A DNA stretch of 64,000 nucleotides. Origin: an uncultured Actinomycetes bacterium. GTDB lineage: Bacteria > Actinomycetota > Thermoleophilia > Gaiellales > Gaiellaceae. Shown one piece after another: positions 1 through 10,431 of the stretch (position 1 is the first letter of the stretch; each line of letters opens with the position of its first letter). The DNA lies in contig CAWCME010000007.1 of NCBI GenBank assembly GCA_963796625.1, positions 103,706 through 167,705 of the forward strand, read 5' to 3'. The notes under the pieces were generated by a model. It did no database searches. It saw nothing but the letters and a program-made list of their open reading frames with translations, and was not told the DNA's origin. The position numbers and the translations under genes are program-made.

Positions 1-1124
1 CTCGAGCGCGCGCTGCTCGAGGCGCGCCCGCACGTCGCCGTCGGCCGCTCCGGGGACGACGGCTCGAAGCCGTCGTAGGCGAGCCGCGGCGAGGTCGTGC
101 GCGACGTCCTCCGGCGCGCCCGCTTGCCCGCGCGGCCGGCCCGACCGTGCCGAGCAGCGGCCGCGTCCGCCGCGCGTCACGATCGCCGATGTCCGGGCAG
201 CCGGTCCTGGAACGAGGCGTTGAAGAGCAGCGCGCGCCAGCCGCTCGTCGAGCCTCGCGCGCGGATCGCGGCGAGCTCCTCGCGGGCCGCCCGGACCGTC
301 GCCGCGGCCGAGCGTCGAGCGTCGCTGCCGCCGACGCGCGACGCTGCCGAACAGGAAGCGGTGGCCGGTGAGCTCGGCGTTCAGCCGGCGGGCCCGCTCG
401 GTGAGGGCGGCGAAGTGCGCTGTTGCCGGCGGCGAGGCCGACGCCGGCGCAGACCGCGGCGATGTCGTTGAGGTGGCTCCAGGTTCGCTCGAGCTCGAGC
501 AGGATCGTGCGGACGCGGGCGAGCTCGGGGGTCGGCTCGAGCCCGAGCGCCTCCTCGCAGGCGTGCGCGTAGGCGACGGCGTTGGCGACCGCGCAGGCGG
601 CGCAGGCGCGGGCGGCGTAGCGCGAGCCCCTCGGCGAGCGTGGCGCCCTCGGCGGCCCGCTCGAGCCCGCGGTGCTTGTAGAAGAGCCGCGCGTCGAGGT
701 GGAGGATCCGGTCGCCGACGACGTGGAAGCGGAAGTGGCCGGACTCGATCACGCCGGCGTGGATCGGGCCCGACCGCGACCTGGTAGGGGTCGTGGCCGC
801 GGACCGGCACGGTCCAGCGCGCGAGGTCGAGGTCGTGGTCGACGAGCGGGCGCAGCGGCTCGTGCCCGGCGAAGCCGACGCCGTAGAGGTCGTGCGCCTC
901 GCGCTCGTCCCAGCCGGCGGCGGGCGCGAGGTCGACGATCGATGGCCGTCCCGCCCTCCGCGGTCGCGACCGTCTCGAGGCGTGGCGGCGCCCGTCCGCG
1001 TCGACGAGCAGCGTCCGCACGAGCGCGCCGCCGTCGCTCGCGTGCAGGCCGGCGAAGCGCCAGCCCGCCGCGAGCGCTCCTCGACCCTGCTCCGGTAGGA
1101 CGCGCCGGCAGCCGGCGGCGTCAC
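1..1124 (-). CDS. Group-4 [NiFe]-hydrogenase / NuoD-like large subunit (HycE/HyfG-like). N-terminal part only; the gene runs off the window. Frame-broken.
   Basis: Minus-strand frames read ..WTVPVRGHDPYQVAVGPIHAGVIESGHFRFHVVGDRILHLDARLFYKHRGLERAAEG.. and then LAYAARACAACAVANAVAYAHACEEALGLEPTPELARVRTILLELERTWSHLNDIA. The GTG at 1124 overlaps the upstream stop (GTGA). Homology hops between frames at least 3 times. Confidence 0.7.
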
Positions 1125-2591
1125 GAGAGCCCCTTCACGAGCGCGGCGACGAGGCGCGATGCCGGGCAGCCAGAACGCAGCGACGGCGAGCGCCGCAGCA
1201 TGCACGGCCGCGGACGGCCGTGAGCGACGCCGAGGCCGCGGAGGCCCGGGATCGCGCCCGGCGCGGCGCCGGTGCGCCTTGCCGGCGGTCGTCTCGATCA
1301 GCGAGTGGCAGGCCGAGGAAGCCGAGCGCGAGCAGCAGGACGCGCGGCTCGCCGCCGCCCACGGCGCGCCCGCCTTCGAAGCCGCCGGCGACGATCAGCA
1401 CCTCGCTGAAGAAGAGCGGCGAGGGCGGCAGCCCGGCGAGCGTCCCGAGCGAGAGGCCCATCGCCGCGCCGAGCCCGCGGCTGGGTCCGGCCGATCCCCG
1501 TGACGCCGTGCCCGGCAGCCCGCGGCTCGTGGCCGAGCAGCGGGGTCGCCGCGTAGAAGCCGAGCGCCTTCGCGACCGCGTGGCCGGCGACGTGGATCGC
1601 GACGCCGGCGAGCGCGAGCGGTGTCGCGAAGCCGATCCCGAGCGCGATCACGCCCATGTGCTCGAGGCTCGAGTAGGCGAGCAGCCGCTTCCAGGCGAGC
1701 GACCGCCAGAGGAACGGCACCGCGACGGCGAGCGAGGCGAGCCCGAAGCCGATCAGGACGCTCCGGGCGGTGCGCGGCGCCGACGACCGGCGCGAGCGCC
1801 TGCTCGGAGCGCCAGGCGACGAGCAGCACCGCCGGCAGCAGCGCGGCCGAGAGCAGCGCCGAGACCGGCGCCGGCGCCTCGGAGTGGGCGTCGGGCAGCC
1901 AGTTGTGGACGGGCGCCCAGCCGATCTTGGCGGCGAGCCCGGCGAGCAGGAGCAGGTAGGCGACGAGCGCCGGTCTGCGGCTCCGACCGTGTAGGCCGGG
2001 AGCGCGTGCCAGGTGAGCCCGCCGCCGCCCCCGTGGGCGCCCGGCGGCGAGGATCACGATCCCGAGCAGCGCGACGCCGAGCCCGAGCGAGGTGAGGATG
2101 AGGTACTTCCAGCCCGCCTCGAGCGCCCGCGCCTTGCCGCTGAAGCCGACGAGCAGCGCCGACGGCGCGGTCGACGCCTCGACGAGCAGCCAGGCGACGC
2201 CGAGGTTGCCGGCCAGCGGGATCGCCAGCAGGATCGCCCAGAAGCGCGTAGAGCAGCAGGAAGTAGGTCCGCGCGCCGCCGCTCGGGGCGCACCAGCGAG
2301 CCGCGCATCGTCCCGAGGTACGCCGGCGAGACCAGCACGCTCGCGAGCCCGACGACGCGCGGTCACGCCGACGAGCAGGCCGCCGGCGGCGTCGATGGCG
2401 ACCCCGTGTTCGGAGCGTCGGCGAGTCGCGCAGCGCCAGGATCGCGCGATGGCGAGCCCCACCACCGCGACGGCGGGCGCGCAGGTCAGGGCGACCCGCG
2501 AGACGAGCCGGCGCGGCGCGACGGCGACGAGCCCGGCCGAGAGCGCCGGCGCCGCGACCACGGCGACCGCGAGCAGCTCGCGGCTAGTCAC
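1121..2591 (-). CDS. HyfF / NuoN-like proton-translocating antiporter subunit, frame-broken
   Basis: Motifs AILLAIPLAGNLGVAWLLVEASTAPSALLVGFSGK, KIGWAPVHNWLPDAHSEAPAPVSALLSA and KRLLAYSSLEHMGVIALGIG are spread over ORFs 1395..2591, 1298..1720 and 1135..1461. The GTG at 2591 overlaps the HyfE stop (GTGA). The 3' end at 1121 is inferred from the tail ..SRLVAALVKGLS*. Confidence 0.65.
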
Positions 2592-3199
2592 GGAGGCTCC
2601 GCAGCACGAGCCGTGTCGCCGGCGCCGAACTCGGCGAAGATCCGGGCGTGGAAGGCGGCCGCGACGAGCGCGATCAGCGTCAGGTCGAAGGCGACGCCGA
2701 GCTCGATCACGATCGCGCCGGCGCCCGGCAGCTCGAGCGCGGCGAGCGCGAGCCCGTTCTCGACGAGCACGATCCCGAGGACCTGGAACAGCGTCGCCCG
2801 GCGCGTCGCCACCGCCGCGAGGCCGAAGGCGACCAGGGCGAGCGCCGCGCGCTCGGCGTTGCGGGACTCGAGCCCGAGCGACGGCACAGCCAGCGTCAGG
2901 GCGAGCGCGAGCCCGACCGCGAGGGCCGCGCGAACGAGCGGGTCGGCTCCGGCGCGGACGGGCCGCGACTCGCGGGTGCGCGCGGCGACGAGGAAGAACA
3001 GCGGTCCGAGAGCGAGCGCCCGAGCGACGAGCGCGAAGGCCGCCACGACCTCGCCGGTGCCCGTCGCCCGCTCGAGTGCGAGCGCCGACCAGGACGAGCG
3101 CCTGCAGCGGTCACGGCCGCGACCGCGAGCGAGCGCTGGCGGACGACCACGACGCGCCAGGCCGAGCGCGACGAGGAGCCAGAGCGCGAACGCGCTCAC
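2588..3199 (-). CDS. HyfE-like (NuoK-related) small membrane subunit of hydrogenase-4-type complex, frame-broken
   Basis: The C-terminal half reads ATLFQVLGIVLVENGLALAALELPGAGAIVIELGVAFDLTLIALVAAAFHARI (ORF 2588..3445). The GTG at 3199 (VSAFALWLLVALGLA) overlaps the HycD stop (GTGA). The middle part sits in another frame (ORF 2896..3150). Confidence 0.6.
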   Translation of the reverse strand: MSAFALWLLVALGLARRGRPPALARGRGRDRCRRSSWSALALERATGTGEVVAAFALVARALALGPLFFLVAARTRESRPVRAGADPLVRAALAVGLALALTLAVPSLGLESRNAERAALALVAFGLAAVATRRATLFQVLGIVLVENGLALAALELPGAGAIVIELGVAFDLTLIALVAAAFHARIFAEFGAGDTARAAEPP

Positions 3200-4129
3200 G
3201 GCGTTCCCGCCAGCCACGCGAGCGAGGCCGAGCAGCGCGATCGCCCCGCCGACGCCGAGCAGCCGCGGCACGAGCAGGATGCGCATCTTCGCGACGAGCG
3301 TCTCCAGCGAGCGCCAGCCCGCCGCAGAGAGCCGACGAGCACGGCCGGGAGCGCCGCGAGCTGCCACCAGGGGCTCGCCGGGTGGGGAAGCAAGACCTCG
3401 CGCGCGAGCACGAGCACGAGCCAGTGCCGGGCGGCGGCGGCCCACTGGAGGTAGGCGAGGTCGCGGCCGGCGTACTCGAGCAGCGGCCCCTCGTGGATCA
3501 TCGTCAGCTCGAGGTGCGTGTCGGGGTTGTCGACCGGCTGGCGCCCGGTCTCGGCGACGACGACGACGGCGAAGCGCGACCGCCGCCAGCGCGAGCGCGG
3601 GGCTCGACCAGACGTGCGGGCCCGGCCGTCCCGGCGATCATCCCGCGCAGGTCGGTCGTGTCGCGCGATCAGCGCGGGCACCGCGACCGCGAGCACGAGC
3701 GTCGCCTCGACGAAGACCGAGATCGTCAGGTCGCGGCTCGCGCCCATCAGCGAGAAGCCGTTGCCGACGTCCCAGGCCGCGATCGCGACCGCGAAGCGCG
3801 CGAGGGCGAGCAGCCCGGCCAGCGCGAGCACGTCGTGGCCGACGCCGAGGCCCGGGCCTGCCTCGCCGACCGGGACGAGCAGGACGGCGGTCGCGAGCGC
3901 CCCCGCGGCGACGGCAGGGGCAAGGCGGTAGACGATGCCGACGCCCGTCGACGTCGACCGTGCTCTTGCCCCAGAGCCGCCGCAGCTCCCGGTAGGGCTG
4001 CAGCGGGGTCGGGCCGCGGCGGCCCTGCAGCCGCGCCTTCCAGTGCTGGACAAGCCCGGGCAGGAGCGGCGCGAGGGCGATCCCGCCGGCGACCTGCACG
4101 ACCCCTGCCGCTGCGGTGGCGCCGCTCAT
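3196..4129 (-). CDS. HycD/HyfC (NuoH-like) membrane subunit, frame-broken
   Basis: The N-terminus reads MSGATAAAGVVQVAGGIALAPLLPGLVQHWKARLQGRRGPTPLQPYRELRRLWGKS. The core reads AETGRQPVDNPDTHLELTMIHEGPLLEYAGRDLAYLQWAAAARHW (ORF 3196..4053). The ATG at 4129 overlaps the HyfB stop (ATGA). Confidence 0.7.
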
Positions 4130-6087
4130 CCGATCACGCCCGAGCCTGGCCGCGGCGAGCAGCACGAGCGACGAGGCGCGATCAGGTAGGCGACGTAGGC
4201 TCCGAGGCTCCCGCTCTGAAGGCGCCGTGCGCGTGCCGCGGCCGCCGAGCGAGGCTCGCACGACCGGCCGGTAGACGCGCTCGTCGATCAGGTGCGGCAC
4301 GCGGCCGCTGTAGGAGACCTCCTGGACGACCCCGCCGCGCCCGGCGCACCGCGATCTCCCGCTCGGGGCGCAGGACCGCCTCGAGCACGAGCCGGAGCGG
4401 CTTGCGTGAACCCGGCGCTCGTCCAGTTCAGCGCCGGCTCGACGAGCTGCCCGCAGGCCCACGTCGGCGCAGGCTGCGGCTCGCCGCCTGCCGCGCAGGA
4501 GCGACGAGCGCGCCCGCGAAGCCGACCAGGGCGAGCGGCGATCCCGGCCGTCGGCAGCGAGCCCGTCCCGGGCAGCGGCAGCCCGACGTGCTCTGGCGCG
4601 CCGGCCGGCCACGGCGCGAGCCCGACGAGCGAGCCGAACAGCAGCCCGGGCGCGACCCCGAGCACGACGCAGGCGACGGCGAGGAAGACCAGCGCGCCGC
4701 GCATCGGCCACGGCGCCTCGATCGCCGCGGCCGCGTGCCTGCGTGCGCGGCGGGCCGAGCAGCGACGAGGCCGACGACCTTGACGAAGCAGAAGACCGCG
4801 AGACCCGCGGTCGCCGCGAGCGCCGCCAGCGCGACCGCCCCGCTCGCGCCGTCGCCGACGCGGTCCGTAGGCCGGCACGTGGAGCAGCGCCTGGAGGGTC
4901 AGCCACTCGGAGGCGAAGCCGTTCAGCGGCGGCAGGCCGGCGATCGCCATCGCCCCGACGAGGAACGCGCCGCCCGTCCACGGCATCCGCCGCAGCAGGC
5001 CGCCGAGCCGGTCGAGCTCGAGCGCGCCGACGGCCTTCTCGAACGCGCCCGCTCCGAGGAAGAGCAGCGCCTTGAAGACGGCGTGGTTCAGCGTGTGCAG
5101 GAGCGCGGCCGCGAGGGCGAACGCCGCCCATTCGTCCGCGCCGCGCGCGCGGAGGACGAGGCAGGCGCCGAGGCCGAGCACGATGATCCCGATGTTCTCG
5201 ATCGAGTGCAGCGCGAGCAGCCGCTTCAGCTCGTGCTGGAAGAGCGCGTACACGACGCCGCCGACCGCCGAGACGCGCGCCGAGGGCGAGGACGAGCACG
5301 CCGAACCAGAGCGGGAGCACGCCGAGCCAGTCGACGAGCACGCGCACGAGCGCGTAGATCGCGACCTTGATCATCACCCCGCTCATCAGCGCCGAGACGG
5401 GCGCCGGCGCGATCGGGTGGGCGCGCGGCAGCCAGACGTGCAGCGGCACGAGCCCGGCCTTCGTGCCCATCCCGACGAGCGCCGCGAGCGCGATCGCGAT
5501 CTGGAGCCCCGAGCCGGAGCCGATCGTCGAGGCGCCGCCGAGCGCGCCGGCGTGCGCGAGCAGCAGCACCGCGATCCACGTGCCCGCGCCGCCGAGGTGG
5601 GTGACCGCGAGGTAGACGAAGACCGTCCGCCGCGCCCGCCGGTCGGCGCCGACCTCGAGACGAGGATGACCGCGGCCGGAACGAGCGTCATCAGCTCCCA
5701 GCCGAGCAGGAACGTGAGCGGGTCGCGGGCGCAGAAGACCAGCGCGAGCGCGAGCACGAAGGCCGAACCGAGCGCTCCGACGGCGCGCCCGCGCCCGGTC
5801 GGCTCGAGGTAGCGGCTCGAGAAGACGAACGCCGGCGCGGCGACGAGCCCGAGCGTGCCGAGGAAGAACCCGCTCAGCCCGTCGACGCCGAGGCGGGGAG
5901 AGAAGGCGCTCGAGAAGCCCTCGCCGGCCACGCTGCCCGCGGCGAGGCCCGCGAACCCGACCGCCGCGACTGCCAGGGCCCCGATCCCCTGCAGCCAGGG
6001 CCCCGCCCGAAACGTCGCCCGCGGGGCGCAGAGGGCGCCGCCGAGCGCGAGCACGGCGAGGCCGCACGCGAGCACCGCTCCCGTCAC
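4126..6087 (-). CDS. HyfB / NuoL-like antiporter subunit, heavily frame-broken
   Basis: Motifs GLVPLHVWLPRAHPIAPAPVSALMSGVMIKVAIYALVRV, HSIENIGIIVLGLG, LLHTLNHAVFKALLFLGAG and MAIAGLPPLNGFASEW are spread over ORFs 5386..6441, 3638..6067, 4288..5253 and 4182..4388. The GTG at 6087 overlaps the ArsR stop (GTGA). Confidence 0.75.
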
Positions 6088-6419
6088 GGGGTCTCGAGCT
6101 CGCGCAGGAGCGACTGCTGCTCGGCCAGCCGGCGGGTGATGATGTCGCGCCCGGCCGCGAGCAGGTCGAAGACCCGCTCGTCCTCGACGCGGTAGTAGAC
6201 GCTCGTTCCTTCGCGGCGCGAGCGGACGACCCCGATCCGGCGCAGGGCCGCGAGGTGCTGCGAGGTTCCGCCGGAGTCGAGCGCGAGCTCGGCCTGAAGG
6301 GAGCCCACGGAGCGCTCGCCGGACTCGAGCAGCTCGAGGATCCGGACCCGCGCCGGATGGCCGAGCACCCGGAACAGGTTCGCCTTCGCTTCGTGGACGG
6401 GGCGCGCGTTGTGCGGCAC
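6084..6419 (-). CDS. ArsR/SmtB-family transcriptional regulator
   Basis: Intact 111-aa ORF. LFRVLGHPARVRILELLESGERSVGSLQAELALDSGGTSQHLAALRRIGVVRSRREGTSVYYRV is a typical ArsR winged helix-turn-helix. GTG start. Confidence 0.9.
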   Translation of the reverse strand: MPHNARPVHEAKANLFRVLGHPARVRILELLESGERSVGSLQAELALDSGGTSQHLAALRRIGVVRSRREGTSVYYRVEDERVFDLLAAGRDIITRRLAEQQSLLRELETP

Positions 6420-6430
6420 GGGCTCGGGAA

Positions 6431-6466
6431 TGATATCTCACAAGTTTCGAAGTATCGGAGATATGA
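6431..6466. promoter_or_regulatory. Inverted repeat in the AT-rich arsR/rne divergent intergenic region; candidate ArsR operator
   Basis: ATATCTC (6433-6439) and GAGATAT (6458-6464) are perfect reverse complements. They extend to TGATATCTC / GAGATATGA with one mismatch. The repeat lies 12-47 nt upstream of the arsR GTG, in the only AT-rich patch for kilobases. Confidence 0.4.
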
Positions 6467-6761
6467 TCCGACGAGGTGCCGGGCCTCCGTCGCGACCGCC
6501 TCGCGAGGCCGGCCCCGGGTCGGTCCGCGCGACTCCGGAAGCTGGCCGATGCCGCGCCCGGCGAGCGCCTCCGGGCCGGCTCGACCCGGCTCCGACGCCC
6601 GGGGTCGAGCCGCGCCGCGCGGCGGGTCTCGCGGCAGTCCGGACGGCTCCCGGCCTCGCTGCTACCCTACGCGCAGGCTATGCCAAGCCTTTCACCACTC
6701 ATCCGAGACGCGCGCCCGCTCGAGGCGAGGCTGCGCGCACCCATTCCGAAGGAGATTCTCT

Positions 6762-9743
6762 TTGCCACTTTCCTGGTTCCGACGCCCGAAGGCGAAGGAG
6801 GGGCAGGCGCCGTCCGCGGCCGCCGTTCCGACTGCCGAACCTGAACTGCAGACCGCCGTCGAGTCACCGGCCGAGACCGTGCCGGGCGCCGACGTACAAC
6901 TCAGCCCAGCCAAGAAGCGCCGCCGCGGTAGCCGCGGCGGGCGCGGTCGTAAGAAGAAGCCGGCGGCTGCCGGCGCGGCAGGCGCCGCGACGGACGCGGC
7001 TGCGGAGCCCGCGGCCGCCGAGGCCGCTCCCACCCGGTCGCGCCGCGGCGGAGCCGCGAAGCCGGCCGCCGACGGTGAGAAGAAGCCGGCCGAGCGCAAG
7101 GCCCGCGAGCCGCGCACGCGCTCGCCCCGGCGAACCGCCCCGCGCCGTGCGCCGCTGCCGAAGGCGAAGCGAGAGCTGCTCGTCTCGGTCGACGCCGGCG
7201 AGAAGCGGGTCGCCGTGTTCGAGGACGGGGTCGTCGCCGAGGTCTACCTCGAGCGGCCCGAGCAGCGGTCGATCGCCGGCAACATCTATCTCGGCACGGT
7301 CGACAACGTCCTGCCCGGCATGGAGGCGGCGTTCGTCGAGATCGGCCTCGAGAAGAACGGCTTCCTCTACGTCGACGAGATCGTCGGCCCCGAGCTCGAG
7401 GGGCGCAAGGGGGCCCGCAAGATCCAGGACCTGATCCAGCGCGGCCAGACCGTCCTCGTCCAGGCGGTCAAGGACCCGATGAAGACCAAGGGCGCGCGGC
7501 TCACGACCGAGATCTCGCTCCCCGGCCGCTTCGTGGTCTACGTCCCGCACGGCGACGGGCTCGGCGTGTCGCGCCGGCTCGAGGACGAGGAGCGCAACCG
7601 GCTCAAGGCGATCGTCAAGGAGATCGCGCCCGAGCTCGGGGGAGTGATCGTCCGCACCGCCGCCGAGGGCGCGTCCGCCGAGGACGTCGCCCGCGACCTC
7701 GACTTCCTCTGCCGGCTCTGGGGGACGATCGAGGCGAGCGCGAAGAAGGCCACGGCGCCGTCCCTCATCTACCAGGAGGCCGAGCTGCCGCTGCGCGTCA
7801 CGCGCGACCTGTTCACCGGCGACTTCGAGCGGCTGCTCGTCGACCACGACCGCACCTACAAGCGCATCGTCGGCTACCTGAAGAAGACCTCGCCGCACAT
7901 GGTCGACCGCGTGACGCGCTACAAGGAGCGCGAGCCGCTGCTCGAGGCGTTCGGGGTCGAGCAGGAGATCCGCTCGACGCTCAACCGGCGGGTCGACTTG
8001 CCCTCCGGCGGCTACCTGATCTTCGACTACGCCGAGGCGTTCACGGTGATCGACGTGAACACCGGCCGGTTCGTCGGCTCCCGTTCGAAGCGCAACGGCC
8101 CGGGACGGCTCGAGGACACGATCACGAAGAACAACCTCGAGGCGGTCAAGGAGGTCGTCCGGCAGCTGCGGCTCCGCGACGTCGGCGGGATCATCGTCAT
8201 CGACTTCATCGACATGGCGAACCCGAAGAACCGCCAGCAGGTCGAGGACGACCTCCGGCAGGAGCTCGAGCGCGACCGCACGAAGACCTACGTGGTCGAG
8301 ATCTCGCCGCTCGGGCTGGTCGAGATGACCCGGCAGAACGTCACCGACGGCCCGCGCGAGGTGATGACGCGCAAGTGCCCGACCTGCGACGGCGACGGCA
8401 TCGTCGTCTCCGAGGGGACGACCGCGGTCGAGGTCGAGCGGAAGCTTCGGGCCCTGGTCACGCCGGGCTCGCGCGCGAAGGCCTTCAAGGTCGAGCTGAA
8501 CTCGCGGATCGCCGCGCTGCTCGTGGGGCCGGACGGCTCCCGGCTCCAGGAGCTGGAGGAGATCACGAAGCGGCGCTTCTTCTTCGTCGGAATCGACGAC
8601 GTCCACCTCGACCACTGCAGGTGCTCGAGCAGGGGACGGTCGAGAAGCTGGCGCCGGCCGGCGCCGGTCGAGGTCGGGCAGGAGCTCGAGCTGAAGCTCG
8701 GCGAGGTCGGGCTGCACGACCCCCGTGCGGGCGCGGGCAAGCTGAAGGGGTTCGAGATCGTCGTCGCGGAGGCGGCAAAGCTCGTCGGCAAGAAGGTGCA
8801 GGTCAGGATCGTCGCCGTGATGGAGGGTGCCGCCTACGGCGTCCTCGTCGAAGGCGCCTCCAAGTCGGACCTGCCGATCACCGCCGAGGCCGAGGCCGAG
8901 CGGCCGACCCGCGCGCGGCGCCAGGTCAGGGCCGCGTCGGCAGATCTCTCCGACGACGCCGAGCTCGAGGGCGAGGAGGACGAGGAGCCGGAAGAGGCAC
9001 CCGGCGAGGACGAGCCCGCAGCCGAGAGGCCGACCGCGCGCAGGACCGCGGCGCCGAAGCCGGCGGCCACGGCGAAGCCCGCCGCGCGGACGCGGGCCCG
9101 CAAGCCCGCCGGCGAGCCGGCCGCCGCGGTCGAGGGCGACGGTGAAGGCGAGGCGGCCGAGCAGCCGGCCCCGAAGCCGCGCCGGTCGCGCAGGACGGCC
9201 GCGCCGACCGAGCCGGTGGTCGCCGAGGCGGCCGCGGGCGAGGCCGAGGTCGAGGTCGACGCACGAGGAGGACGGCGAGGGCGAGCCGGAGGCGGCGCCG
9301 AAGAAGCGCACCAGGCGAGGGACACGCGGTGGCCGCAACCGCAAGCGCAAGCCGGTGGCGGCGGACGGCACGAGCGCGGGCTCCGAGGAGGCGCCCGCTG
9401 CCGCGGACGAGGTCGAAGCCGAGCCCGAGCCCGAGAACGAGCCGGATTCGGCACCGGCGCCGGTGATTCACGTTCCCGAGCGCGATCTGGGGCGAAACGG
9501 CAGCGAGCCGGGCGAAGACGGCGGCGAGGCGCCGGCCCCCGGTCAGGCACGCGTCGCGGCTCGCGAGGCGGCCGGAACCGGCGCCGCAAGCCGGCGGCCG
9601 GCACAGCCGGCGTCGAGACCGAGACGGCGGAGGGGCCGGAGCCGGCTGCCGTCGCGGAGACGGCGCCCGCGCCTGCGAGCGAGGGCCAGAACGGCTCGGA
9701 CGGGTGGGAGTACACGCCGATGAGCGAGTGGGACCGGGACTGA
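6762..9743 (+). CDS. rne: Ribonuclease E/G with Arg/Ala/Pro/Glu-rich N- and C-terminal extensions; two frame breaks in the C-terminal tail
   Basis: S1 and catalytic core: ELLVSVDAGEKRVAVFEDGVVAEVYLE..IAGNIYLGTVDNVLPGMEAAFVEIG..FVVYVPHG..GGVIVRTAAEG..GGYLIFDYAEAFTVIDVNTG..GIIVIDFIDM..CPTCDGDG. The TTG at 6762 lies 7 nt after AAGGAG. The tail leaves the frame near 9260 and returns near 9540 at a C5 run. Confidence 0.85.
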   Translation: MPLSWFRRPKAKEGQAPSAAAVPTAEPELQTAVESPAETVPGADVQLSPAKKRRRGSRGGRGRKKKPAAAGAAGAATDAAAEPAAAEAAPTRSRRGGAAKPAADGEKKPAERKAREPRTRSPRRTAPRRAPLPKAKRELLVSVDAGEKRVAVFEDGVVAEVYLERPEQRSIAGNIYLGTVDNVLPGMEAAFVEIGLEKNGFLYVDEIVGPELEGRKGARKIQDLIQRGQTVLVQAVKDPMKTKGARLTTEISLPGRFVVYVPHGDGLGVSRRLEDEERNRLKAIVKEIAPELGGVIVRTAAEGASAEDVARDLDFLCRLWGTIEASAKKATAPSLIYQEAELPLRVTRDLFTGDFERLLVDHDRTYKRIVGYLKKTSPHMVDRVTRYKEREPLLEAFGVEQEIRSTLNRRVDLPSGGYLIFDYAEAFTVIDVNTGRFVGSRSKRNGPGRLEDTITKNNLEAVKEVVRQLRLRDVGGIIVIDFIDMANPKNRQQVEDDLRQELERDRTKTYVVEISPLGLVEMTRQNVTDGPREVMTRKCPTCDGDGIVVSEGTTAVEVERKLRALVTPGSRAKAFKVELNSRIAALLVGPDGSRLQELEEITKRRFFFVGIDDVHLDHCRCSSRGRSRSWRRPAPVEVGQELELKLGEVGLHDPRAGAGKLKGFEIVVAEAAKLVGKKVQVRIVAVMEGAAYGVLVEGASKSDLPITAEAEAERPTRARRQVRAASADLSDDAELEGEEDEEPEEAPGEDEPAAERPTARRTAAPKPAATAKPAARTRARKPAGEPAAAVEGDGEGEAAEQPAPKPRRSRRTAAPTEPVVAEAAAGEAEVEVDARGGRRGRAGGGAEEAHQARDTRWPQPQAQAGGGGRHERGLRGGARCRGRGRSRARARERAGFGTGAGDSRSRARSGAKRQRAGRRRRRGAGPRSGTRRGSRGGRNRRRKPAAGTAGVETETAEGPEPAAVAETAPAPASEGQNGSDGWEYTPMSEWDRD

Positions 9744-9807
9744 GCAGGACGGGAGTCGCTACACTTGACCCGCCGCGGGCGCGCTCTGCCCGTGTATTCC
9801 CACGCTC

Positions 9808-10431
9808 ATGGACTACGCGATCATCAAACTCGGCAACAAGCAGCACCGCGTCGGCACGGCGAGACGCTCGTCGTCGACCGCGTGCATACCGGCGAGGGCG
9901 AGAGCTTCGAGCCCGTCGTGCTGCTCGGCGACGCCAAGGTGACCGCGACCGTGATCGCGCACGAGCGCGGCCCGAAGATCGTGATCGGCAAGTACCGCAA
10001 GCGCACCGGCTACAAGCGCCACAACGGCTTCCGCGCCGCGACCTCGCGCGTCGAGATCGCGATCGGCTCGGCAGCGGGCGCGAAGCGTGCAGCGGCGAAG
10101 GCCGCCCCTGCTCCCGAGGCGGAGGCCGCGCCTGCAGCCGAGGCCGCCCCGGCGGTCGAGGCCGAAGCTGTCGAGGCCGTGGCGGTCGAGGTCGAGGCGC
10201 CGGAGGCTGCGGCCGTCGAGTCCGTGGCGGTCGAGGCCGCACCGGAGGCGCAGACAGCGGCGACGCTCCCGTCCGGGTACGAGGGGATGACCGTCGCGCA
10301 GGTGAGCGCAGGCTCGAAGGAGTGGAGCCACGACCAGCTTGAGGCCGCCCTCGCCTACGAGCAGGCGAACGCCGCCCGGAAGGGCGCCCTCGGCCGCACT
10401 CGAGTCGGCGCTCGCGAAGGAGGCGCGCTAG
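9808..10431 (+). CDS. rplU: 50S ribosomal protein L21 with a long low-complexity C-terminal extension; two frame breaks
   Basis: [15 protein letters not shown] (ATG 9808) continues in ORF 9765..10622 as [45 protein letters not shown]. The inferred end is ..[11 protein letters not shown], with TAG 10429-10431 abutting the rpmA ATG. Confidence 0.8.

Noticed and set aside
2092-5370. 1092-aa plus-strand ORF and its overlapping partners (2013..3995 and 1220..2095)
   Set aside because: The translations are Arg/Ala/Pro-rich with no motifs. The opposite strand carries the NuoL/NuoH/NuoN-like membrane-subunit signatures.
8900-10260. Short GC-rich direct repeats (GAGGCCG / GTCGAGGC units) that might suggest a CRISPR or a tandem array
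   Set aside because: They are irregular in unit length and have no spacer structure. They lie inside the low-complexity Ala/Glu/Pro tails of rne and rplU.
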